From the human T2T-CHM13v2.0 reference genome, Homo sapiens: 64,000 nucleotides of DNA. Below are positions 19,440 through 36,720 of this stretch, piece after piece. Location: assembly GCF_009914755.1 (NCBI RefSeq), contig NC_060945.1. One strand, given 5' to 3'. Numbering within the stretch: the stretch's first letter is position 1; the number at the start of each line of letters is the position of its first letter. The position numbers and the translations under genes were made by a program. The notes under the pieces were generated by a model that was not told where the DNA came from, did not search any database, and saw only the letters and a program-made list of their open reading frames with translations.

Positions 19440-20240
19440 GGCTAAATAATGTTCGTGTGTGCATGTGTGTGTGTGTGTATGTGTGTGTGACATTCTCTTT
19501 ATCCATTCATCTACCAATGGACACTTAAGTTGTTTCCATGTCTTGGCTGTCGTGGATAGTGCTGCCATGAACGTGGGATCACAGGTACCCCCTTCACAGA
19601 GTGATTTCATTTCCTCTGGATATACACCCAGTAGTGGAATTACTGGATTATATAAATTTTTTTAGGAAACTTCCTATTGTTTCCTATCATGTCTACACTA
19701 ATTTACATCCCCACCAACACTGTACGGGGTTCCATTTTCTCCACACAGCCTTGCCAACACTTGTTATCTTTTGACTTTTTGACCACAGCCATACTAACAA
19801 CTAAATCATGCAGGCCAAATTTCACAATTCTCACTCACAGTGGGCACCAAGAGATTAAAGGTGGTAAAAATACCCCATGGAATACTTTGCAGCCATAGAA
19901 AGGAATGAGATCATGTCCTTTGCAGGGACATGGATGGAGCTGGAAGCCATTATCTTCCACAAACTAATGCAGGAACAGAAAACCAAACACTGCATGTTCT
20001 CACTTATAAGCGGGAGTTGAACAATGAGAACTCATGGACACAGGGAGAGGAAGAAAGCATGTGAAAGCATGGGTAAGGGGAGGGAAAGCATCAGGAAAAA
20101 TAGCTAATGCATGCTGGGCTTAATACCTAGGTGATGGGTTGAGAGGTGCAGCATACCACCATGGCACACATTTACCTATGTGACAAACTTGTACATCCTG
20201 CACATGTACCTTGGAACTTAAAATTAAATGAAATAAAATA
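19440..20240. mobile_element. Two older L1 fragments: minus ~19440-19800 and plus 3' end ~19870-20240
   Basis: L1 ORF2-end and 3'UTR motifs (ggacatggatggagctggaagccattat...ggaacttaaaattaaa). Confidence 0.8.
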
Positions 20241-20550
20241 GAAGAACATTATGTCCGCTATAGTTACTGATGTGATAAAAATCTTTCCTCATATTATATT
20301 GTAATTTTAAACAGTGGATTGAATTATTTTATTTCCTGGTATTATTTCATAATGCATATTGTTTTTCCTATATAGAATTATTCTTTATTTTACACAATAA
20401 AGATTCTAATATGGCCATTGCAGTGTTAGCTTTGTTCCATTATTAGAATTGTATCACACAATTTTTTTTATAGTAAATATGATTTGAAATTATTTCTAAG
20501 TTAATTAAATGGGCCAGTAATATATTCTTTAAAATAATAAATTTTGTCAC

Positions 20551-20920
20551 TGTGTTAGTCCATTTTCATGCTGTGGATAAAGACATATCCAAGACTGGGC
20601 AATTTACAAAAGAAAGAGTTTAATTGGACTTACAGGTCCACGTGGCTGGGGGAGCCTCACAATCATGGCAGAAAGCAAGGAGAAGCAAGTCCCACCTTAC
20701 ATGGATGGCAGCAGGCAAAGAGAATGAGGAAGACGCAAAAGCGGAAATCCCTGATAAAACCATCAGATCTCATAAGACTTATTCACTACCACGAGAACAG
20801 TATGAGGAAACTGCCCCCATGATTCAATTATCTCCCACCAGATCCCTCCCACAACACGTGGGAATTATGGGAGTAAAATTCAAGATGAGATTTGGGTGGA
20901 GACACAGCCAAACCCTATCA
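20551..20920 (-). mobile_element. THE1 (MaLR) solo LTR
   Basis: tgtgttagtccattttcatgctg...acacagccaaaccctatca, flanked by perfect 5-bp TSD gtcac. Confidence 0.93.
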
Positions 20921-22506
20921 GTCACCATCTCTGTTCATTTATGTGTATTTACTTTAAATGTCTAAAAGATAGATAAGTACCCTACAAGAGTTTATGAGAG
21001 TTCATAGATCCCATGGCAAAAGTTAATGAGGGTGGATATCACATTCATTTGAAGAATCATACTACACATTACAAAATTGAATTATGAGATTGAAAACCAT
21101 GAATAAATAGTTCAACAATTCAGATGGAAAGGAATGTCTCTTACTAATCATACGCTAATGGAACCATTGTTCCTCAGTGTCCTGACCTGGCCTTGTTCTT
21201 CCTTCTCTCTCCCTGATGGTCTCAGCACCTCCTTTGCCCCAGCTGTCAGCTCAATGCTGTTGACTCCTAATCTAAATTTTCAAACAAAAACTCCTTCTCA
21301 AGATTCATGCCTGCTTGTTCAGTAGTATGTCAATATCTTCATCTTGATGTCTCAGAAGTATCTCAAATCCCAAACCAAACATAGCAAGTTTCCCCTTAAT
21401 CTAAGCTTCTTCAATTCTCTGTTCTTAGTAGTGATAGCAAAATATTTTGGTTGCAAGAAGCTTCGAATAATAAAAGCGTTCCTAGTTGTGCATTTCTTTT
21501 TGTGTCCAGCTGCTGAGAGTGTGCTGCTATGTATTGTCTACTCCAATTCTCAACATGTCTTTTGTGTGGTTTCTCTTTTTCCAAACACAGTACTATCACC
21601 TTTTTAATTACAACTCTTTCAATTGTGTCCTAACTGGTCATTCTTTTTTTTTTTTTTTTCATCTTTCTGCACTGTGATATACCTTACCCACCTCAACCAG
21701 ATTAATGTTTCTAAAACATTGCTGCGAGCATTTACCTCTGCTCCAACACCTTTAGGATTCAGCAGGATGTGCTAACTCTCCGAGGCCTGGTCCTCTCTGT
21801 GCAGATGCAGACCTTCGCTTACTGGGAGTATCCTTTGTGTCAGCCATAGGGGCTCTTACATGTGAGCAACTGCACCTGACCCACCTCTGTCCCCACACCC
21901 TGTCCGAGCCCCATTCTCACTCTGATCATCTTATAATGGCAAAACTACACTCAATTGTTTCTGCTTTTGGAAACCGTTTCAGGCGCTAGACCCTTTTGAG
22001 ATTCAACTCAGCTTTTCTTGGACATTCTTTTTTGGCTCCTCAAGACTTCTCAGCCTACCCTATGCCCAGAATTAGATAAATGTCCACTTCCTCTGCTCCT
22101 AAAACACATACTGCATATTTCTCTGATGGTATTGTGTTGATGTCTGCATTTGTCTTCTTTGTCTCCCTGCTGTTCTCCTGCGCCAGGTGTCATGGCTGCT
22201 GTTTTGGACCTTCTGCTGCCCCTCGCCCAGGACATTTGCTGCTTCCTGTCGTGTGTTGCCATCATTTGTCTGTGGGTTCTCCCACAGACCCCAACACCTT
22301 GCTGGCAGTGACCATCCTATTATTACTTGATCTCATTAACAGCAGACGCACAAGTATTACCTGAATACATTTTTAAAAAACATCTTAGCACTCACAAAAC
22401 TAAAGAGATTTTTTGAGTTGAAACTTGTTCTGATGACAAAGGTCCAATTGAGCTATGAACTACAACACAATACACTATGGTACACTGTTATATTTCTCAT
22501 TTCTAA

Positions 22507-22866
<360 letters not shown>

Positions 22867-22929
22867 TGAAAAAATGTGTTTAGGAAAAGGTGTTTAAGAC
22901 CCACATGTATAGCCATTTGACATCTACGT

Positions 22930-23320
22930 AAGTGGGAGGAGTTGCACTGACCAGATTCCTTTCAAGAAAGGACATGTTACCACCAATTCATGGGGTGATG
23001 TCATCTGGAAGTTATTGGCCACCTCGGAGATTGTCTCAGCTGCAGAGGCCCACTTCACCCAAGGACAGGCTCTTTTTTGGAGTGTCCTCAATCTAGTGAC
23101 TGATTGAGGAGCAATTCTGCCCAAACTCAGGACAACCCTGAAGGACTGTTCTTGCTCCAGAGCTCACTGTCATTGGCCTGCATCCCAGCTCACTCTTTCT
23201 TCGCCCAGTCCTTCTTCCTGTCCTTCCCTCCTCGGTTGTTGATCATAAGGCACTCCTTGATAAACACTCTTCACACTAGCATCCATCTCAGAGTCAGCTT
23301 CCCGAAAAACCCAACCACAA
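22930..23320 (+). mobile_element. LTR16-like ERVL solo LTR
   Basis: 3' end ...gataaacactcttcacactagcatccatctcagagtcagcttcc...aacccaacc typical of LTR16; left boundary approximate. Confidence 0.55.
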
Positions 23321-23847
23321 TGGTTTGTTTCATCTACAGCAAAAATGCATGCACCATTAATAACAAAACCAGGTCTGTGTGTGACACACTCTCCATATAC
23401 TTCAACCATCCATTCACATTACTTTAACTCATCTGGGACTGGGACTAGAAGAGAATTAGTGCTGAGTTCTCTTTCAAATATACCCCTCTATACATGATGA
23501 AAAGTATCTTGTTATTTTCCCTCAGAACAAGGAAAAGATAGAAGAAGAATAAAAAAAGAAGCAAGGGAAAACGTTTAAAAGGTGAATTTTAAAATTGTTG
23601 CTCACTAACTTAAAAAAAATGCTGTGTTTGTTTTGTTGTTTTTGCTCATTCAGCTGGCCCAAGTTTAGCTAGTGTTCTGAGCAAAAATTCAGTTTTTCTC
23701 TCTAATAATTGGAATATATCAGGAATAAGAGTAGCTAACTTTTCTACAATGATTTTAAACAAAGTAGTTCTTCTATAGGATGCTTATTTTAGACTGCTAG
23801 ACTGTGAAAAGAGGTAAAGAGTCATAAATATAACAACGAAGTAAGGG

Positions 23848-24170
<323 letters not shown>

Positions 24171-27100
24171 AGAGAGAGAAAAGGAAATAAAAGGAAGGCA
24201 AATAACTTTTTTCCCAAAAATTGTTTAAAATTATCAAGTAAGTCCATGGGAGGAAAAAAATAATTAAAATGTTTTAGGAACAAGAAAAAGATATCCCAAG
24301 GCATAAAGTAGAATTATAATAAAGAGAAACACGAAAGATGCAAGTTGGATACAATAAAGGGAAAAAATAAACTACTTGAAATTTGGGGGCGTAAAAGAGT
24401 AAAACAAACTCTGAGAAGCATGGCAGTGTCTCCTTCCAATGCACTTCCAAAAAAAATGGATGCCCTGCAATATTGTCAACCAGATGCCTAAAGGGGAATG
24501 TGGTGGAAAGAACTGGATAATTTCTTGGGGCCATTTGAGTCTTCAATCATATGAAACATCTCTTGAAAGTTATTTTTATGGAGTGTATTGTAAAGCCATA
24601 ATCATATTATGTTGAAATAGTTTCTTTAAAAGATTAAAACGACCAAGAACTTAAAAACTTATGATAATATCTATATGTAAACAATTAGAGTCACCATGGT
24701 CTGAGCAGGATGACAGGTTATGTTTCCCCTGGTTGAGAGCAATAATACCTTCATACAGAAGACTGTAATAAAACTGAGTTACTTTTCTGCATTTTTAATA
24801 TGAAAAGAAAAGCCATTTGAATCATCAAGGCATCAAGAAAATGAAACATATCTCATGTTTTACTTATTTAGTTAGAGAAAAGTGTCATCTAGATGAGGTA
24901 CAATTATTTTATTTTTGTTTATATGGACTTCTGATGGAAGCAAAGCCATGTGACCCCAACCAGAGGTGACGACAACCAGGCTTAATAACAAAAGTAAACA
25001 AGATTCATAAAATCACTGGTATTCATTTTAAAACTTGGCTTATTTTTCCAATTAGTTTTTTTACAAGGATTGTTAGTAATAGATTATTTGCTTGAGAAGT
25101 ATTTTTCATGACGTTGGCTTAGAAAAGGTCATAGCTCTTTAGAAGCTTGGTTAATAATAACTGACTTGAAGAGGCTTTTTTTTAAGTAAAGTGCTGAAAT
25201 ATGTTACAGTGAGACAAGGGTATAAAAAGGTAGTCAATATATTTCACAGAACTAAGACTGCCTCTGACAGCACCATCATGGTATCTTGGTAGATGGAGAG
25301 GAGAAGAAAACATGGGTCATTTAATAAATATTGGGATAACTGACTCGATATAGATAGAAAATATATTGGACCCCAGCTTTACTATATCTGTGAAGCTCAG
25401 TGTGGGTTGAAGGCCTAAATGCAAACAGCAAAAATAGAGACATAGAACAAATACAGAAAAAAATAGGAATGCATCTTCATGAGCTCATAAATTTCTTAAA
25501 CAAGGTCCAAATGAAGACAAAGGCAAAGTTAAGAGAGAAAAGACAGCCTTGGAAAAGATATTCACAATCATTTCTAAGTAATAAGAGATTCATATTTATA
25601 CTAAAGAACTACAGCAAAGCAGGAAGAAGTAGCAGGAGTGATAGCAAATGCACAAAGCAATGCATAGATGAAATCCTCAGACATCTCCTGAGAGTATAAA
25701 AAGACATTCAAGCACAATAGTAATGAAAAGAAAACAAATTAAAACAAAGAGCTCCTTTACATCAATCAGCTTTGTCACAAATAGAAACACAGGTACCAGG
25801 ATGCGGGGAACTGGGACCTCTAATGCATAGCTGGTGGTAAAGTAAACTGGTATAGGAATTTTGGAGAGTGGCTATGCAATTATTAGTGAAGTTAAATTCT
25901 ATGACCTAACAATTCTACTACTGGCCCTCTAGTAATATTAATACTACACATGGACACATTTATAAGATACCCATGGTAGTATTTGTACAGAGTCAAAGGG
26001 CTGGGTGGGGGGCAAACTAAGCATTCACTTTTGTGCTGTTATTGTATATATTTACATGCATGTCTAAATAAGGATGCCAGAAAATTAATTTAAAATAAAT
26101 ATATTAAGTACACATAAGTCTGTGCCTATGAGACAGGGACAAACGATACCAGAATTGGTGGATGGTTGAAAAAAGGGGGGACAAGTTAAAATAAAACAAA
26201 ATAAGGATCTTGCATGGACAGATGATAATGGTGTGGTGTCAGCCAAAAGTTGACAAAACAAAAACAAAATTCACCATTGGGATTTTTGTTCATGAGTCCC
26301 AAACCATGGCTCAACAGTGGGACATGGGCTGCAACTAGGCGTTCTTGTCTTCAGGACAGAGGTGGCACTCTCATTCCCCTCTTTTATTCATTAGAAAATG
26401 CCCAGAGGGCTATGTTTCACTGAGACAAAATAGACACATCAGTGTGTCCTTCAAAGGAAAGGAGCTGCTGAACTTCGTTGCATACAAAGTATTTAAACAA
26501 ATGGGGACGCTAGAGATGGTTAGCCAGGAAGACAAAGCTTAGTCTTTTGCACGACTGGGAGCTTTATGTGGAGAAACGGGGAACTATTTAGTGTTGCTCT
26601 AGAGGGAATATTCGAACCAGAAAGAAGAGAAGAGCTAGAGAAGGCATATTTGTATGTATCTCTATTTGTATGTATGTCAGACAGAGGAAGAACTGTCTGA
26701 CAATCACAGCCATGTAGAAACAGAAAGGGCTGAGAGCTTAGTGAACCACTGCACAGATCGTGCAGGAAGAGTCTAGAAAAATGTGGGGTACAGTCCAGGG
26801 GCATGTTGAATATCACATGGGAGGCTGGTCTAGATGAACTTCAAGCTGATTTATAGCCCTAAGATTCTAAGAGTCTATAATTGTATCATGCATCTATATA
26901 TCTGTAACCACATATATATGTACTTATATATAATATACATATATAACTATATGTATATTTATATTTGTGTTTTATATTTATATATCTTTATATTTAAAAT
27001 ATAATGCATATAAATGTTATATAGGTGTATGAAGTACACAATTTTATTGAATTTATATATTTAAACAATTTACATGTGTTTTGAGTCAATGCATATAAAA

Positions 27101-27399
27101 GATCCTACCGCATGGTTCTGAATAATTGAGAGTTGTTATTTCTGACTTAAAATGTCATTATCACGGCATTATTTTTAGCACTGCCAAAGAGTTTTTCCCT
27201 GTGGTGTGTGCACAAACGTGTGTGTATTTGCAGATTAATTATGAATTAGACAGCAAAAGTGTTAGTAATTTGCTTGGCATTCTTTTCCCTTTCTTATCTC
27301 TACATAATTCTCTCCTTCTCTAAGTTTCCCATGTTCAGCAAGTGCAACAAGTATTATAAAACATAATTTATCTTGCAATTTTAACTAAATAAAAGAATT

Positions 27400-30170
<2,771 letters not shown>

Positions 30171-30239
30171 AATGTAAATACATATTATTTTATTTACAAT
30201 GTAAAAAATCATGTATATACATTTAAAATCAATATGTAA

Positions 30240-30443
30240 TGTAATATATGCAATACATAACATATATTTATGCATATATTTATATATATCAAAATATATT
30301 TATTATATTATATGCATATATTTATATATAATAAATTATATATTTATTATATTATATGCATATATTTATATATAATAAATTATGCATATATTTATATATG
30401 TATTATATAATAAATATATATTATACATATATATATATATATA
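30240..30443. repeat. AT-rich low-complexity / (TA)n tract with internal ~40-bp duplications
   Basis: tgcatatatttatatata repeated four times. Confidence 0.85.
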
Positions 30444-33384
30444 GCATTCTTTCATAATGAAACCAATCTTACACATAGTCTTTTTTTCCCTCCAATTAGG
30501 GTAAAGTAATTTGAGATATCGCTTATAAAACACTTAATAAAATGCCATATTTTAAAGAAAGGTGTCTGCTTCGATTTCTAGAATAGAGGAATTTTAAGTC
30601 ATTCCACCTCCAGGACAAACCTGTCTGAAGGAACCCATAGAAGCTGAGTCCTGCACTCAATTTTGATATCCTACCTCTCTTCTGCAGACACTTGAGAGCA
30701 TAAACCCCCAGGGTAGCTGAGCCAATGCATCCATTTAAGTATATTGAAGCATGAGTGCTTTCTTGCGTCATTTAAAAAGGGAGGACAGTGAAAGTTCCCA
30801 CTTCATTAGCTTTCTTTTCTCACATTAGGGTATTAAATTAAAAAGAGAGTATAAATTCTCATTTTAAATAATAAATTAACATAAAAGGATTATACATTTA
30901 ATACGTTACCATTCTATTTTTCCCCAGGTCTATATTTCTCGTGTATTATTCATAATAGAAGCTCTGCAATTCCCAAGTCGTTGTTGAAAAATAAATATGA
31001 AAATATGTGGATGACTGCAGTGTATGGCCACACACAAAAGACCCCAGCAAACTGGAGCTTAAGTTAACCATTGCTCCACTTTAATGAGGAACTAAAATGG
31101 AAAAATAAACTCAAAATGCTGTCCTTTCCATAAACAATATTGCAAGTAACTCCAGTATCTAGAGAGATAGTAGGAGAAAGTGGAAGAAAGTGACAGATTA
31201 AGAATGAAAGACCTTTCCTTGCCAACAGAGTTGGGTTTGGAATTCAGTGGAAGCTGATAGTGCCAAGGTTGGAACAGCTAATGAGCAAATGTCTGAAAGC
31301 AGGAGTGGGGAAACTGCCAAGGCTGTTTCTGTGCACAAAGCTGTCCCTCCACCTAGGCGAGATGACATTTGTTCCCAGCCTTTGAAGAATGATGTCATTA
31401 GAAGACGGCATCCCCGGCCGCTCACCTCGAGTGGAAGGCGAGCAGACACACTCACAGCATTATTTTTAACTCAGCATTCATTTCCCCACTTGCACCAACA
31501 GCAATACAGCAAGACATTACGGTGACAGACGAGACACAGCACAGGACAAAAAGCTGCAGGGAAGCAGGATTTTAACGTCAAAATGTGCAGAACAGTGTCC
31601 CTGTTGGGCTACAGTACACAAAGTACCACCAACACAAGAGCTGAAAACCCTGGCAGTGACATCTAATTCTCCCTTCAATTTGAAGGAGGACATGGTAAAA
31701 AAATGCTGGTACATTAAAATGAGAAATCGCCACAAATATAGAAATGGAATGAAATATGTAAAAGCGAATGTTTCTGTTGTTCTCTGCATTCCTAGCATGG
31801 CCATTTCATCTCACTATTGGCAAACATTCACTTTTAAAAATCCTCATAAAATATGACTCTGAAAGCTTGGTGCTTCTTAGACATTTATTTACCTGTGATT
31901 TTAACTACCCTTCTCTATGAATTTTAGTTTGCTTTCCTGTCTATTTTTTTAAATCCCCATGGTCTGAAGCCAGAATGGTGATCCACAGGCACTTAAGACC
32001 AACCCCGCCATCCAAAGGCTTTCGCCAAGACACTCAGGTGCCACATCGCTCCTCTCAGCCTCTCCATCTCCCAAGCAAGAGCTTCTGGAGTCCTTTCTTG
32101 TTCTGACCTGCCCTCTTTCACCAAATCCATTCTCTCCTTTTCCTCTCTCCAATTTAACAAATTCTATCTCTCTTAAATTAGTCCCTCAATATCTTTTGCC
32201 CTACATTTTAACATGTTGTCTGTCTTGACTTTTTAAATAGCTTTATTCCTGGGTTCTTTGTATTCATTTCTCCCCACTCCTACCCTGGCTTCCCGCTGCA
32301 ATACGAATTATTCTTCTGAGAGTCACCACGGGTTGTGTTGGAATCAAAACATCTGCGTTTGAGTCTTGAATGTATTACTGGGTGACTGTGCGCAGCCTCA
32401 TCTCTCTTCTATTCTTTCCCTGATTATGCTTTATCTACGTTACAGAGTCACTGTATTAATTAAGGTGACACAGATGAAAGTGTTTTGTAAACTATAAAGT
32501 TTTATATAAATATAAATAAAAGGTGACATTTTTATCCAGCAGCCAATTAACTTTCCTGGCAGTGTTGATCCCCAGCAATTAGAACACGCAATTAAGCACC
32601 GTTCAAGTTCAATGTGGCACCTAAAATGGGAAAGACAAAGCTTGAAAATGTGTTAAATATAAAACTGCTTGTTAAGTTGAAATGAAGTGAAAGAAGGGAC
32701 TTTGACTTTTACTTCTGCCTATATGTTTGAAGGCAGCAAACTTGCACTTCTGGATAGTTACATATATTTCAGAACTGCTTAAGCTTCAACCACCATCAAA
32801 AATAAGCATATTATTTATATCAATCTTTGAAATAAAAAAAATTGCAGGCATATGCTCCAAAATAAGCAAAGGGTTATGACTATTGCCAGGAAAAGACATG
32901 ATGAAAAAATAGTATTGTTTCCAAATATCATCTAAACACATATGCACACACTTTCCGCTATATCCAGTATTTAAAACGAACCTCCTGGGGACAAGATAAC
33001 AATAATTTGGTTTCCCTGTTAGCAGCATTATTGCCGGGATCAAGTGGGCCACTTCCACTTCCCAAGGAAGCCAATTTTTAAGGCTTCAGGTTTGCTCTTC
33101 CAAAATTAGCTGGCTGAAATATTCACTGTGTGGTCTCCCAGGAAAAGTAGTGGAGCTGCATTTACATGAACAAAATAAGAAAGTCTCTTTCAATCCTAAT
33201 CCACAGGGAAAGCCAAAATTCTAAGTCTTTTCCTAAAATTTAGCTAATTTCTTATCTCCCTCCCCTAATACTTGGTAACTGAAAATAGTAAAGGTTAATT
33301 TTTAAAAAGCCTTGATAAACTACAATCCTGACCATTGGAGTATAATTTACTTTATATATTAATATTTCATTTAAAAACATTTTA

Positions 33385-33660
33385 CTGATCGATCGATTGA
33401 TTGATTGAGACAGAGTCTTCCCTGTCACCCAGGATGGAGTGCAGTGGTGCTATCTTGGCTCACTGCAAACTCCGCCTCCTGGGTTCAAGCCATCCTCCCT
33501 CCTCAGCCACCTGAGTATCTAGGATTACAGGTGTGTGCCACCATGCCTGGCTAATTTTTGTATTTTTAGTAGAGACCAGGTTTTGCCACGTTGGCCAGGC
33601 TGATCTCAAACTCCTGGCCTCAAGTGATCCTCCTGCCTCGGTCTCCCAAAGTGCTGAGGT
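33385..33660 (-). mobile_element. Alu (J or old S) with (GATT)n tail
   Basis: Reverse Alu dimer lacking its extreme 5' end. Confidence 0.9.
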
Positions 33661-34664
33661 TAAAATATTTTAAAATGTAAACTTAAATGTTCAGAAGTCA
33701 TTTTATTTAAGACCCTTCTAAGTTCTGAGTAAAGGCTAAGATTGCGAATGGTGTAAAACTGTTACTGTGTTTTGGAAGTAGTTCACCACAGTCTTGCACT
33801 CCTGGCCTCAAGCCATTCTTCTGCCTGAGTCTCCGGAGTAGCTGGAGCTACGGGTGCGTACCACATCACACCTAGGCCTCCCAAGTAGCTGGGATTACAG
33901 CAGTGAGCCTCTGCACCTGGCTGCTTAAGCAAAGGTAATTTGGGTTCTCGCACCTTGCAACCAATGGGGTCATAGTCAATACATGGATCTGTGCCAATCT
34001 GGGAAATCTAAAAATAGGTAAACTTACATTTCAAACAGTCCTTGTTTGAATTTTTGTCAGACTTTATTTTCAGATATTTGGTGAAGGGTTCTAATGTGAG
34101 CCTGACTGGGGGCTGGGGAAGCCTGTACATATGAAGTTAAAATCTGCGGTGTAGTGCACAAAGTCCCCTGAGGGTCCTGTTCAGGCCTTGGTGTTGAACA
34201 TCATCTATTCACTGATGTCACCAGATCTGCAGCCTGGATTCCTGAACTCTACTCTCCCATATCTAATTTCCTACTGACAGCATCCACTTCTTTGTTTAGT
34301 GTGTATTTCAACCTCAACACATCGATAACTAGACTCCTAATCGCCTTCCTCAAACGGCTCCACTGCATCTTCTGCTGACTCAGTAGAAAGCAATGCCATT
34401 CTTCCTGATATTCAGGCCAGAAGCCTGACCTGATCCTTGATGTCTTTATTTTCCTCACACCTGTATCCAACCACTAGGAAAACCGACTGAATAGACCTTC
34501 GAAATAGATCCGGAGTCTGTCTTCTACCCCCAACCTCCTCTGCTCTCCCCCTGGTCCAAGCCACCATCATCTCTCACCTGGATTCACTTTCCAACAGGTC
34601 ATTCTACTTGCCCCCTTTCCCCGAATAGACCATTCTCAGCACAGGAATCAGATGCGTCCTTCTT

Positions 34665-34836
34665 CTTTTTAGAGATGGGGTCTCACTATGTTGCCCAGGC
34701 TGGAGTGCAGTGTCTATTCACAGGTGCAAATATAGTGCACCACAACCACAACCTCAAACTACTAGACTGGAAGTATTCTCCTGTCTCAGCCTCTGGAGTA
34801 TCTGGGACTACGGGCTCGTCCCACCTTGCCTGGCTA
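34665..34836 (-). mobile_element. FAM-like fossil Alu monomer inside an L2 fragment (~34200-35220)
   Basis: Monomer retains the 7SL-like ctattcacagg segment. Confidence 0.7.
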
Positions 34837-35749
34837 AAAGCATCCTTTTAAAACCTTAGTCTGGCCATGTGACTTTTCTGTTTAAAGTCATCCAATAAAG
34901 CCCCCATCTCACTCAGCAGAAAACCCCACGTCCTGAAAACCGAAGTCCTGATCTAGTAAGTCCCCCGTGAAAAGGTTCTGCTCCTTCTGACTCAGGGCCT
35001 TTTAGTGTTTTCTTGTTCACTTGGCTCCCACCACACCAGCCTCTCTGTTATTCCTCAAGCTTGCCAGGCAAACTCTAGACACCGTGGTTGTATCTCTTCC
35101 CTTTACCTAGGATGTCCCTTCCCCAGGTATCCATGAGCTGTCTTGAACCCCTTCACATCTTTGCTCAAAATCTCACTTTTTCCAGGCAGCTTTTCCCGAC
35201 TATTCTGAAAAATTTGGCAAGCCCCAAATCCCAACAACTGCCATTTCTCTCCAGGCAATAAAATACCACATAAAATAATATTTTCCTTCTTTTGTTTGCA
35301 AGTACTTGCAAAGGAGCTGACAAGTTTTATACTATATGATAAGTATTCAGAAGAAAAGAAGCTCCTGAAGAAAAAATTATTCAATAGAATTATTTCCTAA
35401 AATCATAAATATATTGTTTATAAGAGACAATAAATTATTCTTTTGGCCATAAGCTAGTTTGAGTTGGTTTCTGTCACTTCAAAAGGATTAAGATGAATAC
35501 ATTCATTTATACTGATCTGGCAAATTTAAAGAATAAATGTTAATGATTCAAAGGGCTTTCGTTTAAATCTATGTCTCCTAAAAATTACATTAAAGTATTA
35601 TACCTATTTATCCAATGGTCATACTTCTGGAAATTTTTCTCGAAAGAAATAATCTTAAAATCAGACAAAGGCCAATGCATAAAGAAGTTCATTTGATGCC
35701 TCATTTGTAATGGTCAAACATTAAAAATAAACTAAAATTTTAGCACTGT

Positions 35750-36720
35750 ATTAGATGTTTTCAAAATGTAGCTCACAGACCTGTAGGGATCCCTGAGACA
35801 ATTTTAGGTGATCTGTAAGAAGAAAATCGTTTTCATGACAATGCTGAGGTGCTGTTTGCCTTTCTCATGGTGTTGACATTTGCACTGTTGGAGCAAAAGC
35901 CATGGTGGGTGAGACTGCTGGGCGTTACCATGAATCCCAGCAGGGACACTAACAGGATGACTATTCATTGTACTGTTTACCGATGCATACTGTGAGTTGG
36001 TTTTTTAAAAATGCCAGATTCACTTACAGACACTTGACGAAGCAGGAAACATAACAGTTTTATTACATCTTTACCCTAAAGCTCACGTTATTTTTAATGT
36101 TCTATGTCCTGTGTAATAAAATGGGAAGAAGGCACAGTGTTTCCTCCACCTCCTGAGCAGCACGGCTATTTTCAAGCAGAGTATGTCTGTGCTTGCTTGA
36201 GTTGCAAATTCGACCAGCTGCTTTTCTTCATGGAATTCCATTTCTTTCTTAAAAGAATGGCTACCTAAAAACGATGGTTATGCGGTCTTTTCTATTTGTC
36301 AAACAATTTCTTACAGATAAATGAGCCCATCACTCCTACAATTACAATTGATGGTGTTTATTATAAATAATAAAATTGAATCTTTCAAGAAAGAATAGAA
36401 TTTTAGAAAACTTGCATCCATCAGCATGAACTTGACAGTTTACTTGAAGACTTTCTGATGAGATCATGGTAATGTTAGTAGTTGTGATATTTTGATATTG
36501 TATAACAAATTGTATCAACATTTGGAAGATCTGTGTAACACAGTGAACCAATCATTTCCAAATGATCAACTTTTTATGTTACAAAATCATGTGTGGGTAA
36601 AACATTCCTTCCAAGGGTATGATAGACCAATGAATTTTAAGATGACAGAGTACAGAAAATGTGTTGATATGGCATCTGACTATTGCAATGAACCATTAAG
36701 ATACTGCCATGTTTTAATTC
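35750..36720. mobile_element. Charlie1-like hAT DNA transposon fossil
   Basis: gttgacatttgcactgttggagcaaaagccatggtggg and ttacaaaatcatgtgtgggtaaaa blocks; boundaries approximate. Confidence 0.65.

Noticed and set aside
19440-20240. Another twin-primed L1 inversion
   Set aside because: The fragments overlap in L1 coordinates, look like different subfamilies, are separated by ~70 bp and lack a TSD
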